Shown: positions 62,600-64,000 of the stretch, piece after piece
Numbering within the stretch: the first letter of the stretch is position 1
How the letters are laid out: each line of letters begins with the position of its first letter
DNA from: Vulcanimicrobiota bacterium
GTDB lineage: Bacteria > Vulcanimicrobiota > Vulcanimicrobiia > Vulcanimicrobiales > Vulcanimicrobiaceae
Length of the DNA stretch: 64,000 bases
Assembly (NCBI GenBank): GCA_963695225.1
Contig: OY968762.1
Span: forward strand, 2,368,001 to 2,432,000
Direction: 5' to 3'
Notes under the pieces: model-generated
What the model saw: the letters and a program-made list of their open reading frames with translations, nothing else
The model's database searches: none
Told to the model about the DNA's origin: nothing
Translations under genes and position numbers: made by a program

Positions 62600-64000
62600 C
62601 TACTTCTCGATCTGGAAGCCCCATTGCGGGGTGACGTGGTAGTTTCCCCACCCGAAGGCGTAGGACCGGGTAAAGTCGAGCTGGATCGTCGGCGTGATCC
62701 GGACGCGGAGGTTCGCGGTCAACAGCTGAGGCGAGATGCCGTACGGCATGGGCACGTTCGTCCCCGGCTCGCTGGACGGCTGCGGGATCGGCACCGGGAA
62801 ATCGTGGTTGCTCCGATAGATGACGGAGGCGCTGATCCGCGTGCTCGGCACGAAGATCACGGAGGCCGTGAGCGAGCGGGTCGTGCCGAAGCCCTGGAAC
62901 GCCGCGTAGCCGGGATAGACTTCCCCGGTCGACGGGCTCGTCGCGATCGTCGGCGGATATGCCGCGAGTTGCTGCGCTCCGTAGTGATCCGAGGTTTGAA
63001 CGACGGTGTAGCCGATATACGCCGAGACGTGCCGGTCGAACGCCTTGCTCAACGTGCCCCCCGTCGAAAGCGTGTCGATGTAGTGCGGCGAGGAGAACCA
63101 CTGTCGCTGTCCGTCGATCGAGACGTTGAGCAGTGTATCGCGCGAGTGCTTGTCGCGGTTGAGCCGGAGCGGCGCCGAGTAGAGGGAGCCGCCCGCGAAG
63201 TGCTGCCACACCGACGGGTACGCGACGCCCCCGAGGCTCTGGATCGGCGTGATGCCGTTGTGCGTGAAGCCGAAGCCGGAGCGCAGTCGGAAGTAGGCGG
63301 GAACCTTGTTGATGCGGTGGTCGTACCCTTGCCACGTGAGGCTTGCGTCGACGGGGTGGTCCGGAGTCCACCCGTGAGTGGGATCGCCGTAGTAGGCGAG
63401 CGGCGCGGGGTCGGCGAGGAGGCTGTCGTAGTAGGCGTTCGCGTTGAGCTGCACGTACGACCGGCGCAGTGCCGTCGTGACCTGCAGGTGCGCGTACGCG
63501 CTTGCGGAGAGCGGCTGGGAGAGGCCGTGCTGGAACGCGTTCTCCTGCAGCAAGAACTGGACGCCGAGATTCGGCGAGAGGCGGTCGTACCCGATCACGT
63601 TGTACTGTTTCTCCGGCCGCGTCGCGGGGTTGATCGAAGTGACGACGTAGGACCGATCGCTGACGAAATGCTGCTCGAGCGCGCCGAAGAGCTTATCGGT
63701 CGAGTCGTAGCGGAGATGCGCCGTCGAAAGCGAGTGCGAACCGCCCGCAAACGTATACGGCACGTCGACGCTCGCGCCGCCGAGCGAATTCTGCGCGAAG
63801 TTCGGATTGTTCGAAAAGTTCAGGAAGTACTTCGGCGTCGGGATCCAGGCGAGCCCCGAGTTGATGGACGCGGGCGTAAAGCGCACGCTTTGCCGCGGCA
63901 CGATCGTCGCGCGCTCGGAGCGAATGAACGCGTGCTCGTCGCTCATGTCGGGAAGGTAGAAGACGTCGCCGGGCATCTCGCGCCCCAGCAGCGGGTGAGC
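62600..64000 (-). CDS. Outer-membrane protein, paralogue of 60100-61716 (5' end outside the window)
   Basis: Frame open to 64000; shared motifs IRS..A...P...VRF.PA, AH.RYDS, YPGY...QG..T.R, HDFP, RSY..GW; ends PQWGFQIEK. Confidence 0.8.
   Translation of the reverse strand, partial: AHPLLGREMPGDVFYLPDMSDEHAFIRSERATIVPRQSVRFTPASINSGLAWIPTPKYFLNFSNNPNFAQNSLGGASVDVPYTFAGGSHSLSTAHLRYDSTDKLFGALEQHFVSDRSYVVTSINPATRPEKQYNVIGYDRLSPNLGVQFLLQENAFQHGLSQPLSASAYAHLQVTTALRRSYVQLNANAYYDSLLADPAPLAYYGDPTHGWTPDHPVDASLTWQGYDHRINKVPAYFRLRSGFGFTHNGITPIQSLGGVAYPSVWQHFAGGSLYSAPLRLNRDKHSRDTLLNVSIDGQRQWFSSPHYIDTLSTGGTLSKAFDRHVSAYIGYTVVQTSDHYGAQQLAAYPPTIATSPSTGEVYPGYAAFQGFGTTRSLTASVIFVPSTRISASVIYRSNHDFPVPIPQPSSEPGTNVPMPYGISPQLLTANLRVRITPTIQLDFTRSYAFGWGNYHVTPQWGFQIEK

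Overview
GC-rich (roughly 70%) bacterial chromosomal window with no rRNA, tRNA, CRISPR or transposase recognised. Terrabacteria-type gene order (yggS-sepF-divIVA, whiA-gap-pgk-tpi-gpmI, mfd-prsA-mazG-S4) together with outer-membrane beta-barrels and a bchJ-like gene suggests, by inference, Eremiobacterota/Vulcanimicrobiota. Contents: branched-chain and aromatic amino-acid genes (ilvB, leuACD, ilvA, DAHP synthase, ilvE, leuB); tgt-rluD-lspA-ccdA and lgt; a small flagellar rod/sigma-28 cluster; an ECF sigma/anti-sigma pair divergent from cupredoxin and metallophosphoesterase genes; glycolysis genes; ahbD/ahbC-like radical SAM genes with bchJ; and from about 44 kb an envelope region. Signals absent from the ORF track or otherwise unexplained: three leader-peptide attenuators (Val/Leu, Leu, and Phe/Tyr/Trp before a DAHP synthase lacking a regulatory domain); a 151-nt three-way-junction element; two tandem lipoproteins sharing six near-identical copies of a ~90-aa Cys-pair domain but with different C-terminal propellers; a tandemly duplicated module of an LptD-like barrel plus a CBM20-like protein; back-to-back ECF promoters; a probable CTG start; and repeated leaderless promoter geometry.
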